In this document: piece by piece, positions 38,375 to 49,977 of the stretch
Layout: each line of letters opens with the position of its first letter
How positions within the stretch are numbered: position 1 is the first letter of the stretch
Assembly (NCBI GenBank): GCA_050012755.1
Contig: JBEKGO010000001.1
Span: 1-64,000 of the forward strand
DNA: 64,000 bases
Origin: Candidatus Bathyarchaeia archaeon
GTDB lineage: Archaea > Thermoproteota > Bathyarchaeia > Bathyarchaeales > Bathycorpusculaceae
Direction of reading: 5' to 3'
The notes under the pieces: generated by a model
The model's input: only the letters and a program-made list of their open reading frames with translations
The model's database searches: none
What the model was told of the DNA's origin: nothing
Made by a program: the position numbers and the translations under genes

Positions 38375-39277
38375 ATGGGCAAGCTTGAGTGTTACGGATT
38401 AGCGAAGGTTTACGAGGATCACAGAAAGGCACTTGAGGACGTCAGTTTCTCTGTTGAAACTAAAGGTATTTTTGGTTTAATCGGCAGAAACGGCGCTGGA
38501 AAAACCACACTTATCCGAATCCTCGCCACTGAGCTTGAACCCACTGCTGGAACCGCAAGCATCAACGGTTTTAACATACTCACACAGGAAAATCAATTGA
38601 GAGAAAAAATTGCGATAGTCCCTCAGGAAGCCAGAACAATAAGGTGGATGACTCCTAAACAAACCGTTTTTTCCTATCTTCTTTGGCGAGGATACAACTA
38701 TAATGATGCAAAAAAACTTGCCGACAAGTCGCTAGCAAATCTTGGCCTAGAACAATACGCAAACGTTTTGAATAGTCGCCTCTCTGGTGGAACAAAAAGG
38801 AAAGTTCTTATCGCCACAGTAACTGCTTCAGAAGCAGACATTATTTTTCTTGACGAACCCACAACCGGTCTTGATCCAATCTCGAGACGTGAACTTTGGG
38901 AAATTCTTCGAGCGCTAGGAAGAGACCGGTTCATTTTTCTTACCACTCACTATCTTGAAGAAGCAGAACAACTCGCAGATAGAATAGGTATTCTTAAAGA
39001 TGGAAAATTAGTTTCTGTAGGAACCCTATTAGAACTGAGACACAGCTCAAAATATCAATACAGCATTAAACTGCCCCCGAACACACCTCTTCCATCTTTG
39101 AAAGACGCCGAAGTAACCACAAGCAAAACGGGAGTCACCCAAGTAATGACTCATGAAGAGGAGGCTTTCCGATTGGCTAAACTGTTCGCTGAACAAGGGG
39201 TAAAATTCTCTATTACACCAGTTACTTTAGATGATATTTTCTTTAGCCTTGTGGGGCAAAAAGCAGGAGATACATGA
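38375..39277 (+). CDS. ABC exporter ATPase
   Basis: GRNGAGKTT, LSGG, LDEPTTGLD, TTHY. Confidence 0.92.
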   Translation: MGKLECYGLAKVYEDHRKALEDVSFSVETKGIFGLIGRNGAGKTTLIRILATELEPTAGTASINGFNILTQENQLREKIAIVPQEARTIRWMTPKQTVFSYLLWRGYNYNDAKKLADKSLANLGLEQYANVLNSRLSGGTKRKVLIATVTASEADIIFLDEPTTGLDPISRRELWEILRALGRDRFIFLTTHYLEEAEQLADRIGILKDGKLVSVGTLLELRHSSKYQYSIKLPPNTPLPSLKDAEVTTSKTGVTQVMTHEEEAFRLAKLFAEQGVKFSITPVTLDDIFFSLVGQKAGDT

Positions 39278-40021
39278 TTGAGGCGAAATAGACTGAGCCA
39301 GATTCTTGCAGGTGTACTTGTAAACGCCATTTATGAAATGAAAAATTACCCCGTTGTACTAATCAGTACAGTTATTTCGCCGCTTTCGCTTCTGGCAGTC
39401 GTTACCTTTGTAACAAACGGTGCCCTTTTTGGAACCGCAATCGAAGGCGGCTTAATAATGATTTTTTTCTCAAGCGGAATTGCTCTTCAATCAGACCTTT
39501 CTCACTTAAAAAATGATTTCAAGCTTCAAGACATGGTTGTGAGTTCGCCTACAAGCGCTCGTTTGTATATGGGTGGAATGGCATTAGCAGAAATAGTGTA
39601 CTCAATTCCAGGTATCGTTATTCTTATTGTGCTGGCTGGAATCTACCTGCACCCTTCACTTCTTCAAATAGCAATCTTATCCATCGTATTGTTGTTGATG
39701 TTTGCGATTTCGGTGGCTTTAGGGTTCATGTTGTCTACTTTTTCAAATGATGTAGTTCAAAGCTACGCTTTTTCTCGACTTCTTTCACTATTGTTTGCTA
39801 CTCTACCGCCAGTTTATTATCCTATAACCTATATTCCTGCACCATTTAACTATCTTGCTTATCTTTCCCCCACAACCTATGCTGCAGAAATTATGCATTC
39901 AGCAACCGGCTACCTCAAAATATCAAGTATTCTGTTAATCTTTGATTGGGCAGTTTTAATAGCGGTGAGCGCAGTTATTTTGTACATTGCCGTAAAAAAA
40001 ACGCGATGGAAAGATGTTTAG
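39278..40021 (+). CDS. ABC-2 permease
   Basis: 6 TM; PVYYP...LSPTTYA. Confidence 0.85.
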   Translation: MRRNRLSQILAGVLVNAIYEMKNYPVVLISTVISPLSLLAVVTFVTNGALFGTAIEGGLIMIFFSSGIALQSDLSHLKNDFKLQDMVVSSPTSARLYMGGMALAEIVYSIPGIVILIVLAGIYLHPSLLQIAILSIVLLLMFAISVALGFMLSTFSNDVVQSYAFSRLLSLLFATLPPVYYPITYIPAPFNYLAYLSPTTYAAEIMHSATGYLKISSILLIFDWAVLIAVSAVILYIAVKKTRWKDV

Positions 40022-40024
40022 AAT

Positions 40025-40276
40025 TTAGTATTTTTTTCCTAAACTAAGCCTTTTTTGAACTTCCTGAGCTTGGGCTTCGTTATCGGCTAAGATGTTAACC
40101 CACAGGTCAAATTCTGCTTTTGAAATTTCTTTTTGAATGATGCCTTTTTGGTCTCCTGAGAAAAATCTTGACGAGCTACTAGCAAAATGTTTTACATAAA
40201 AAATTCGATCCGCAATTACCAATTCTGAAGAACAGCCTGCCCGCTCGCCAGCAGTATAATCGACTTCATAGCCCAT
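40025..40276 (-). CDS. Hypothetical protein
   Basis: 83-aa ORF with a GGAGG-like RBS upstream. Confidence 0.6.
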   Translation of the reverse strand: MGYEVDYTAGERAGCSSELVIADRIFYVKHFASSSSRFFSGDQKGIIQKEISKAEFDLWVNILADNEAQAQEVQKRLSLGKKY

Positions 40277-40419
40277 TGCAGCGACCTCCCGTAAGCGTTG
40301 ATTTCTTATTTACTTAAATTTTCTCTTCGCAAAACGGGATTTTGTTGCTTGTTCCAGCGCTTTAATCGGGCTAATAGCAAGATTTACTCATGAATATATT
40401 TTGTTGATGATCAGATTTC

Positions 40420-42039
40420 TTATTTGTTCTCAATGTCATCTATTATTTTTGTTTCTTTTTCTTCGCCTTTGCCAGTTTTTCTACGTTTATAAAACAGATA
40501 TCCAGAGGCTGAAACGATTATTACTATGACTACAGCAGCTACAACTGTTACAAATGGAAAAGAAGCAATGCTAAAATAAACAGTAGTTGAATCTGCATTG
40601 CCAACTTCATCTGTTGCGTAAATTGTTAAACGGTGAGATCCATCGGTTAATGCTGGCAAAGTGACATTTCCGATTATAGTGATATTGGTCTGGTCATCTA
40701 AACTATAAGATAAATCTTTGACTTTTTCATTGACGGTGAAAGTCAATTCTGTATCAGTTGAACCATATGTTTGGTTTTGTGGAATTAATATCTTGATGAC
40801 TGGAGGAATCGTATCTACCGAAAAGTAAACTATGTTAGAATAGCCCATGTTTCCTTGGCTGTCATTGGCATAAAGTATGATGCTATGTGACCCTTGAGAT
40901 AAACCAAGTAAGCTGGTATTAGTTCCTTCTTTTACAGTTATATTCCCTTGATTATCTAAACTGTATCCTATCCAGGAAGCACCCCTGTTGATGCTGAAAG
41001 TCAAGTTTACTTTAGAGTAAGTTATGTTTTCAGGAGAAGTGATCTGAAGTTTCGGCGGAACGGTCCCATAATCAGCTGGTTTGTACTGCTCATTTATGTT
41101 TAACCAATTTTGTCCGTCAAACCCGCCGATTGCATATAAAACATCATTTACGACTGCAAGAGCCAAATCTGCTCTCGGCGAGGATAATGATGTGCCTGTT
41201 GTCCATGAGTTGTTATAGGGATTATACACTTGAGTTTTGCTAGTTAAGACGTTCTGAGAATATCCACCTGCAAGATATAATCGGGCAGGCGCCAAATAGT
41301 CTTGAGTGGCTGCTGCAGCACCATAACTAGCGATCGTCAGCATATTTGCGGCTGAAGTCCAATTGTCTGTTTTGGGGTCATAAACTTGATTGGCGTCAAT
41401 TGAGGCGCTACTTTGTTGTTGAGCCGTTATAGTTTGTGAACCACCAACAATGTAGATTTTTCCGTTTATGGTTGCCGATTCGTATCCATACGAAGCAGTT
41501 GGGATAGATGTTTTAGTGGTCCAAGAATCATTAGCTGGATCGTAAACTTCGTTTAAGTTTGTTTCAGAGAAATAGGGATTTGTATTTGAATATTTTTTTC
41601 CGCCAATCAAATAGATTTTGTCATTTACTACGTTTGCACTTAAGTCGGATCGGGGCGTTGGCATAGAAGCTTTTGTTTCCCAAGTATTCGTGGAAGGATC
41701 ATATACTTCGTTGTTTCCAACAAAGCCATTGCCTACTGTTCCACCTATGACATATATTTTGCTATCATAAACAGCAATTGCGAAACCGCTTCTGGCTGTT
41801 GGCATTGGCATTTCTACAGTCCACGAATTCAAAACAGGGTCATATTGTTCATTATTGTTGACCGGCTCATTACCGTTCAAACCTCCGATAACATAGATTT
41901 TTCCATTAACAACTGCAACGCCTAGTCCACCTCGAGCTGTTGGCATAGGTGTCAATGTAGTCCATGAGGATTGTTCATTTTGCGCTTTAATGGCGGGGAA
42001 ATTGGATGCTGACAAAACAATCGTTGCAATAATAAGCAT
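40420..42039 (-). CDS. Kelch-repeat surface protein with Ig-like domains and C-terminal TM
   Basis: Six MPT.R...IYVIGG...YDP..W repeats; YSLD..GSH Ig-like repeats; TM + RRK. Confidence 0.9.
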   Translation of the reverse strand: MLIIATIVLSASNFPAIKAQNEQSSWTTLTPMPTARGGLGVAVVNGKIYVIGGLNGNEPVNNNEQYDPVLNSWTVEMPMPTARSGFAIAVYDSKIYVIGGTVGNGFVGNNEVYDPSTNTWETKASMPTPRSDLSANVVNDKIYLIGGKKYSNTNPYFSETNLNEVYDPANDSWTTKTSIPTASYGYESATINGKIYIVGGSQTITAQQQSSASIDANQVYDPKTDNWTSAANMLTIASYGAAAATQDYLAPARLYLAGGYSQNVLTSKTQVYNPYNNSWTTGTSLSSPRADLALAVVNDVLYAIGGFDGQNWLNINEQYKPADYGTVPPKLQITSPENITYSKVNLTFSINRGASWIGYSLDNQGNITVKEGTNTSLLGLSQGSHSIILYANDSQGNMGYSNIVYFSVDTIPPVIKILIPQNQTYGSTDTELTFTVNEKVKDLSYSLDDQTNITIIGNVTLPALTDGSHRLTIYATDEVGNADSTTVYFSIASFPFVTVVAAVVIVIIVSASGYLFYKRRKTGKGEEKETKIIDDIENK

Positions 42040-42388
42040 TACTGTTAGGATCTGAATATGCTTATTGATTGATGAACCCCCACATGCCTCTTTTAGATAC
42101 TATGTAATGCTTTACCTTTATATTGTTTAAAGAATTTCGCAAAACTCAATTGAGCACACAGAAGACATAAGCATAGATGACAAGGGGAATATAATTTTTA
42201 GTATTCTTAGTACAGAAGGAAACTATTCTGGAAAACAGGTAGCTATTCTTGAAAACCTTATTAGAGGTTTGATTGTTGATTTAGCAAACGAAAAGGCAGA
42301 GTTATGGCTTCAAACTCAATTAGTTAAGAAGTCTTAAATCTGTAATGCTCAGAATAAGCTAAATAAATAAAAAAAGAAGATACGCAAA

Positions 42389-42739
42389 ATGGTTAGTAAA
42401 CTAATCATTGGTATTGTAATCGGTTTAGTGGTTGGTTTAGTGTTAGGAATAGCAATTAGTGAGGTTATTAAGTTTCCTACGAAAAGCGGAACTGGAACAA
42501 ACAATCAAGTGAAAGTATCAGGTACAATTAGTGAAACAGGATTTACCGAGATAGAATTCACCAACATAGTCTCAGGAAACAGTTCGAGTGCTCTTATCAT
42601 AAATCAGGCATACAGTATTTTGCTTGTAGGTGGGCAATCTTATACCGTTCAACTCCTTGGCTCATACGGTACTACATATCCTTTCACTCAAGGAGTAATT
42701 GTTCCATCAGGTGTAACGACCTTTACAGCGAACTTTTAA
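42389..42739 (+). CDS. Small membrane-anchored hypothetical protein
   Basis: N-terminal TM, beta-rich domain. Confidence 0.6.
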   Translation: MVSKLIIGIVIGLVVGLVLGIAISEVIKFPTKSGTGTNNQVKVSGTISETGFTEIEFTNIVSGNSSSALIINQAYSILLVGGQSYTVQLLGSYGTTYPFTQGVIVPSGVTTFTANF

Positions 42740-42885
42740 ATTATGCTAAACTCTATTATCGAGTCATTCAAGGGTTAAGATGTACTCAGTAAAAGCTTTA
42801 TTCTAAGAATCATTTATTAAAGTAGTTCTTTTTGAAATTGAAAAGGTTGTATAACTGTTATGTATCAAATAGTAGGTATTTACCC

Positions 42886-43797
42886 ATGATTACAGTAATT
42901 GGCGCCGGCAAAGTTGGAAGTGCAGCCGCTTTCGATATTCTTCGCTACAAAATAAGCGATGTCGTCTTAATTGATTCTAATGAAAATCAAGCAAAAGGAG
43001 AAGCCCTTGACATGATGCAGGCGGCGCCCGCTATCGAATTTGATGGAACAATCCGTGGAACAAGCGACTATAGCCAAATGGAAGGCTCAGAACTTGTAAT
43101 TGTCACCGCTGGGTTTGGCAGAAGACCTGACATGACCCGGTTTGATCTATTGAATACCAATGCCCAAATCATGCGATCAATCGTTAAAGAAGTTGTTAAA
43201 TATGCGCCTAAATGCAAGCTTATGATTGTTACAAACCCAGTTGACATCATGACTTATGTTGCTGCTCAAGAATCAGGTTTTCCCCGTTGTTGCTTGTTTG
43301 GCATGGGCAATATTTTGGATACAATGCGTTTTAGAACGTACATTGCAAATGAACTTAATGTTTCAAGAGAAGATACCCGCGCTTTGGTTATTGGTGAACA
43401 TGGTGACTCTATGGTTCCACTGGTTGAATACGCTTCTGTCTCAGGTATTCCTATAACAAACCTGCTAACTAAAGACCAGATTGAAAGAATAGTACATTTA
43501 ACGATATCATCAGGTGCGGATGTTATAAAACTTAAAGGCTCAACAATCTACGCTCCCGGAACCGTCATAGCCATAACGGCAGATGCAATTCTAACAGGAA
43601 GAAACCGTGTTATGAGCGTATCAACCTGTCTCAGTGGTGAATATGGTTTTTCAGACGTTTCAGTTGGCGTGCCCGTAGTTATTGGAAAACAAGGAGTTGA
43701 AAAAATAATTGAGCTAGAACTGTCAAATGAAACAAGAGAGCGTTTTGAGAAATCAGTTGCTATCATTAAGGAAGCGATAGCAGCACTAAAGAGCTAA
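42886..43797 (+). CDS. mdh: Malate dehydrogenase (LDH-like)
   Basis: IGAGKVG, RRPDMTR, VTNPVD, LDTMR, GEHGD. Confidence 0.93.
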   Translation: MITVIGAGKVGSAAAFDILRYKISDVVLIDSNENQAKGEALDMMQAAPAIEFDGTIRGTSDYSQMEGSELVIVTAGFGRRPDMTRFDLLNTNAQIMRSIVKEVVKYAPKCKLMIVTNPVDIMTYVAAQESGFPRCCLFGMGNILDTMRFRTYIANELNVSREDTRALVIGEHGDSMVPLVEYASVSGIPITNLLTKDQIERIVHLTISSGADVIKLKGSTIYAPGTVIAITADAILTGRNRVMSVSTCLSGEYGFSDVSVGVPVVIGKQGVEKIIELELSNETRERFEKSVAIIKEAIAALKS

Positions 43798-44217
43798 TGC
43801 TATTAAAAAAAGTTGACCTTTAGCTGGTTAAGGCTAAGGTCGCGTTAACAACAATCCAAAAAAATTTTAGCCGTGGACTTGGTTGGGGCGTGCACAGTAA
43901 AAGTTGCCGTTCAATCTTGTGAAGGCTGGGCATTTACCCTCGTGGCAATTTTCAAGCCATTGGCATGGTGACCTGACTTCATATATTCTAGGCATATATC
44001 CTTGAGAATTAAAAATTTCTTTTGATTTTTGTCTTTTAGAAATTTTTTCCATGACTGCTTCCATTTTAGAACACCTTTTGAAAATTTCTAATTTAAAATA
44101 GTAATGGCAAACGGTTGCTATTAAAACTGTGTTGCAGTTGCCAAGCAACCACAAAAGCATATAAGCACTAACTTGGCGGAGAAAAAAGCGAATGTTTCTA
44201 TACAAAGTGTTATTTAG

Positions 44218-45171
<954 letters not shown>

Positions 45172-45174
45172 CTT

Positions 45175-47391
45175 TTATGTAGAAGTAAAGCGGTCGAAGG
45201 TTGACAGTGCACTCATAGAGCCGCAGGATGGGCATTTATGCACTGTTCCAAACCAGCTTTTCTTGCAGTTATCACAGTAACTTATTATTCGGTTGTAAGT
45301 GAAGAACTCCAAGGATTGGTTTTCAATGAGGCGCCTGGTTAAATCCATTAAGGCTTCAGGCTTAACTTCAACACCATCTAACTCTATTATATCCAATGTT
45401 CCGCCCGCACTCAACCCCTTCATTTTTTGCGCCATATCTAACGTTTCAGGAGGAATAGTGAGGTTTTCAGCAGCTTTCACTTGGAATCTTCTGGCGGTTG
45501 AATAATACGGTTTTTCTCTGGTTCCTGAAAACTTCACTTTGGCCACACCATACTTCTCCACATCTAGTTGGGCAAGCCTCTCTGATGCTTCAGAATTACT
45601 AAGAATCACGGGGTAAAGGCGCTTTCCATGTTTTCTGCCGATTTTCTGTTTGAAAGCCAAAAGGTTCTGAATAATTTCATCGGCAAACTTGCGGCTCTCT
45701 TCGGAGTTAATGTTTTTTTCAGTGAAAGCTTCTACTGCTTCTCTGAACCCGGCTAAATTGATTATTCTGGAGCAGTTTTCAAGCCTGAAATATGTGTCTC
45801 CACTGGAGCTTTTCAATAGGAACGGCAAGGAGTTCTTTCCAAATTGCTTCAACGCGTTGTTTTTGATTCCAATGGTTCGGGCAGCAACTTCAAAACGTTC
45901 CCTTACAAGTTCGAAAAATTTGTTTTTGTCCTTCTCACTTTCTTGAGCGATTCTGGGCAAATTTATGGTCACGCAACCAAGACAGCCAGTGCGAAGGGTG
46001 TCGGTTTCCCAGTCTCCTGTTAGATCTGCTGAAAGTTTAGCTCCTGACGGTGAAAAAACTGTATTTTCAGTTTCTTTCTTTGTTAAGTTTGCAAAATAAG
46101 GTGTTCCTCTTTCTGCGGCTAATCGGTGGGCTTTAAGGAGAATTGCTTTGGTGTTTTCATCACCTAAACTGTCTTGGTTAATTTTTATAATTAGTTTAGG
46201 ATTAAGAAGTGGCTTCTTAGCATTCTCTTCCAAAAATACATCACAGACAAGTGTAGCTAAATTTTGGCTTTCTTGGACGAAATCACCATATTTTCCTGCG
46301 ATTTTTCCAAGTGGACCAACTGCTTCTTTTTCAGCGGTTGACTTTGGAATTGAAAGTTCAAGCACTAATGTAGATTCAGTATGCTGGTTCAAGTTCAAAA
46401 TAAACAAACGTAAATTTTCCTTTATTCTTGTGGTTTCAGCGCCTTTAGCAAAGGGTGCTAGGAAAACGTTGAAGTAATTGCATATTTGCCCCCGATTTGT
46501 TTCTTTGCTTGCATGCAAGAACACATTGAAAGCAATTGACAAGGCAGATTCAAAATCGCTTGGAGGCTCCATTGATGTTTGAAGTGGATTGTCCATTCTG
46601 ACGCCGTTTTGAAAGAAGAACCGCAGGTCATGGCTGACTTCGTTTGGTTTCAGTATCCATGTACCTAAACTGTCAATGTGGATGGCGCCTGAGAGGTGAG
46701 CGTCTGCGATGTCTCTTGGAAAAATGTTGAGTAACGTGTACTCGCTAAGGACGGTTTGGCCTGCCCTTGTAAGTAGTGTTGTTGAGTCTGTGGCTTGGTC
46801 TTTTGCTTCTATAGAAGCGGTTACCTCATGTACGGGCATGCCGACTCTTGTGAGTTTATGACGGTACTCTTCATACCCTTTCTCAATCAAAATGCCATTT
46901 ACAACTTCCCTGATTAAAGCAGCAGTCAAATACTTTGTTTTTGATTTGATTAGGCGTTTTTCAGTTTCTTTCGCAGCTTTTTGCGCAAGTTCAGCAGGCA
47001 CTTTTGCTTCTCTGATGAGAGAATTTGCTATTTTGTTTGCATCAAACTCTTCAAGTGTTAAATGGGATGTGCGAACCAGCATTCCCTTTGGCTTGAACGC
47101 CTTCTTTTCCACACGGTCTGCGACGTCAAGAACCATTTTGCCGAGGTCGGTTAGATAGTATTTTTTTGCTTCAACATCTGCCTCAACCAAATCTGCTTTT
47201 AACATAAATTTTAGGTGATAAGCGAATCTGCCTGCGTCTCGGCTAGGATTCATTTTTAGCTGGTTCATTAACTCAGTGTATGAGAGGGCGCTTTTGTCGA
47301 AAAGGAGGTTGAGGATTTGCAGTCTGAGGGGTGACGACACGGCTTTGAGCACTTTTACGCCGCGTGCACGTTGCGGTGGCTGATTTACCAT
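45175..47391 (-). CDS. ArsR-type wHTH + ATP cone + degenerate class III ribonucleotide reductase (NrdD-like) domain
   Basis: RLQIL..SYTELM..FAYHL..YYLTDLG; FDANKIANSL..LIREVVN; DAHLSGAIHI, TINLPR, GG, CxxC..CPxC; no RxxGY motif. Confidence 0.85.
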   Translation of the reverse strand: MVNQPPQRARGVKVLKAVSSPLRLQILNLLFDKSALSYTELMNQLKMNPSRDAGRFAYHLKFMLKADLVEADVEAKKYYLTDLGKMVLDVADRVEKKAFKPKGMLVRTSHLTLEEFDANKIANSLIREAKVPAELAQKAAKETEKRLIKSKTKYLTAALIREVVNGILIEKGYEEYRHKLTRVGMPVHEVTASIEAKDQATDSTTLLTRAGQTVLSEYTLLNIFPRDIADAHLSGAIHIDSLGTWILKPNEVSHDLRFFFQNGVRMDNPLQTSMEPPSDFESALSIAFNVFLHASKETNRGQICNYFNVFLAPFAKGAETTRIKENLRLFILNLNQHTESTLVLELSIPKSTAEKEAVGPLGKIAGKYGDFVQESQNLATLVCDVFLEENAKKPLLNPKLIIKINQDSLGDENTKAILLKAHRLAAERGTPYFANLTKKETENTVFSPSGAKLSADLTGDWETDTLRTGCLGCVTINLPRIAQESEKDKNKFFELVRERFEVAARTIGIKNNALKQFGKNSLPFLLKSSSGDTYFRLENCSRIINLAGFREAVEAFTEKNINSEESRKFADEIIQNLLAFKQKIGRKHGKRLYPVILSNSEASERLAQLDVEKYGVAKVKFSGTREKPYYSTARRFQVKAAENLTIPPETLDMAQKMKGLSAGGTLDIIELDGVEVKPEALMDLTRRLIENQSLEFFTYNRIISYCDNCKKSWFGTVHKCPSCGSMSALSTFDRFTST

Positions 47392-47643
47392 AAACCCTTA
47401 TCCCCTGCACTCCTAGATTGGTGCTCTACCTATATCTTAAGAGAAGATTTTAAACTTAACTAATGTTTTCTATATCCCAAAAAGTGTCGAACATTCATTG
47501 CATCAATTGCACTTCAGCGATGTTTTCTTAAAATTATTAATGTGCGTCCATTTTTGTAGCAGTAAACGAAAAAGCTTTTATCGTCAAATATTTTGTAGTA
47601 GTCCGTTATTAATTGAGAATTATTGCGAAGGCAACCTATATTT

Positions 47644-49519
47644 GGTGAAAAACGCAAAGTTACCCGATAATGGAAAAACGGTTGATAAGACCCGTTCTGC
47701 ATCGTTGTACGCTCGGAGTCTCCTTGAAGCAAGCCTTGATCCTCTTGTAACAATCAGTGCTAAAGGAAAAATAACCGACGTTAACAGAGCCACAGAATTA
47801 GTTACTGGTTGTCCAAGAGAGCAATTGATTGGAAGCGATTTTTCAGATTACTTTACTGAATCCGAAAAAGCTAGAGTAGGCTACAAGAAAGTTTTCACAG
47901 ACGGTTTTGTTAAGGATTATCCTTTGGCTATCCGGCATAGGTCTGGAAAAATCACGGATGTCTTATACAATGCTGCCGTTTACAGGAATGAAACAGGCAA
48001 GATTCAGGGTGTCTTTGCTGCGGCGAGAGACATCACTGAGCGTAAGCAAGCTGAAGAGAAGCTGAAAAGCGCATATTTGTATTCTCGTAGTTTACTTGAA
48101 TCCAGCCTAGATCCCTTAGTCACCATCAGCGCCGACGGCAAAATCACAGACGTCAACCGCTCAACTGAGGAAGTCACAGGCTACAAACGTGAGCAATTAA
48201 TTGGAAGCGATTTTTCAGATTATTTTACGGAACCAGGAAAAGCTCGCCTAGGTTACAAAAAAGTGTTTACAGATGGGTACGTTAGAGATTACCCGCTTGC
48301 TATACGTCACCAATCTGGCAAAATCACTGATGTACTATACAACGCCACAATTTATAGAAATGAAGATGGCACAATTCAGGGAGTTTTCGCAGCTGCGCGG
48401 GACATTACCGAACGCAAAATAGCTGAACAAAAATTGTTAGCTGCCTCTCTTTATTCAAGAAGTTTAATCGAGGCAAGCTTAGATCCGCTAGTTACCATTA
48501 GCAAGGAAGGAAAGATTACCGATGTTAACATGGCAACTGAGGACGTTACCGGATACACCCGAGAAGAACTTATCGGTAGCGATTTCTCCGACTATTTCAC
48601 AGAACCCCGAGACGCAAGAGCAGGATACCAGAAAGTTTTCACCGAAGGCTTAGTCAAAGATTATCCATTGGCAATTCGTCATAAGTCAGGCAAAATCACC
48701 GACGTTTTATACAACGCGTCAATTTATCGAAACCCACAGGGCGACATACAGGGTGTTTTTGCAGCTGCAAGAGACGTAACCGAACGCAACGCAATGGAGA
48801 ACGAAATAAAACAAACCATGGAAAAACTCAAACAGTCAAATTCCGAATTAGAACAGTTTGCTTATGTAGCATCGCATGACCTTCAGGAGCCCCTGCGTAT
48901 GGTAGCAAGCTATGTCCAGCTTTTGGAGCGGAGATACAAAGGAAAACTAGATACGGAAGCAGACGAATTTATCGCTTACGCCGTTGATGGTGCCAACCGA
49001 ATGCGAGGATTAATTGAAGACCTCTTAACTTACTCACGTGTTAATAGACTCGGCAAGCCATTTGAACCAACAAATGTAGAATCAACACTCGACATTGTAC
49101 TTCTGAATCTGAAAGCATCGATAACAGAAAATAACGCTCTGGTAACGCATGATAAGCTTCCAATAGTGATGGCTGACGGCGGGCAACTTGTTCAGCTATT
49201 CCAAAACTTAATCGGCAATGCCATAAAGTTCCATGGAAAAGAGTCACCCCACGTACATGTGTCAGCTCAAGATAAAGAAAATGAATACATGTTTTCCGTA
49301 CAGGATAATGGAATTGGAATTGCCCCAGAATATTTCGATAGGCTTTTCAAGATTTTCCAGCGCCTGCATACCAGAGAAGAATATCCTGGCTCCGGAATAG
49401 GTCTTGCCGTATGCAAAAGAATCGTGGAACGCCATGGCGGACGAATCTGGATTGAATCACAAGTGGGAAAAGGTTCAACTATCTACTTCACATTAAACAA
49501 ACAAAAAAGGAGTGATTAA
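47644..49519 (+). CDS. Sensor histidine kinase with three tandem PAS domains
   Basis: 3x RSLLEASLDPL...AAARDITER; ASHDLQEPLR H box; N/G1/F/G2 boxes. GTG start at 47644 is inferred. Confidence 0.92.
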
Positions 49520-49524
49520 AAGAT

Positions 49525-49974
49525 ATGAAAAGAGTTGATGCATTAGCGGTGGATATCTTATTGGTCGAAGACAACCCCGGAGACGTACGCTTAACCAAAG
49601 AGGCCCTAAAAGACGCAAAGGTACTAAATGAAATTTACGTAGCTAAAGACGGAGTTGAAGCAATGGAATTCTTACATAGACAAGGAAAATTTGCACAGGC
49701 GCCCATGCCCGACATGATTCTATTAGATTTGAATCTTCCAAGAAAAGATGGTCGAGAAGTCTTAGCAGAAATTAAAAAGGACCCAAAGCTCAAGCATATT
49801 CCAGTAATTATTTTAACTACTTCAAAGGCTGATGAAGACATAATCAAAACATACAATCTGCATGCAAACGCCTACATTACAAAACCTGTTGACCTGAACC
49901 GATTTGTTGAAATAATACATGCACTTGAAGAATTCTGGTTCACAATAGTGAAACTGCCACCAAAGGAGCAATAA
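49525..49974 (+). CDS. Single-domain response regulator (Rcp1-like)
   Basis: LLVEDN, LLDLNLP, LTTS, ANAYITKP. Confidence 0.93.
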   Translation: MKRVDALAVDILLVEDNPGDVRLTKEALKDAKVLNEIYVAKDGVEAMEFLHRQGKFAQAPMPDMILLDLNLPRKDGREVLAEIKKDPKLKHIPVIILTTSKADEDIIKTYNLHANAYITKPVDLNRFVEIIHALEEFWFTIVKLPPKEQ

Positions 49975-49977
49975 AGA

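Noticed and set aside
47700-48800. Three ~370-bp direct repeats
   Set aside because: Fully explained by tandem PAS domains, which are common in such kinases.
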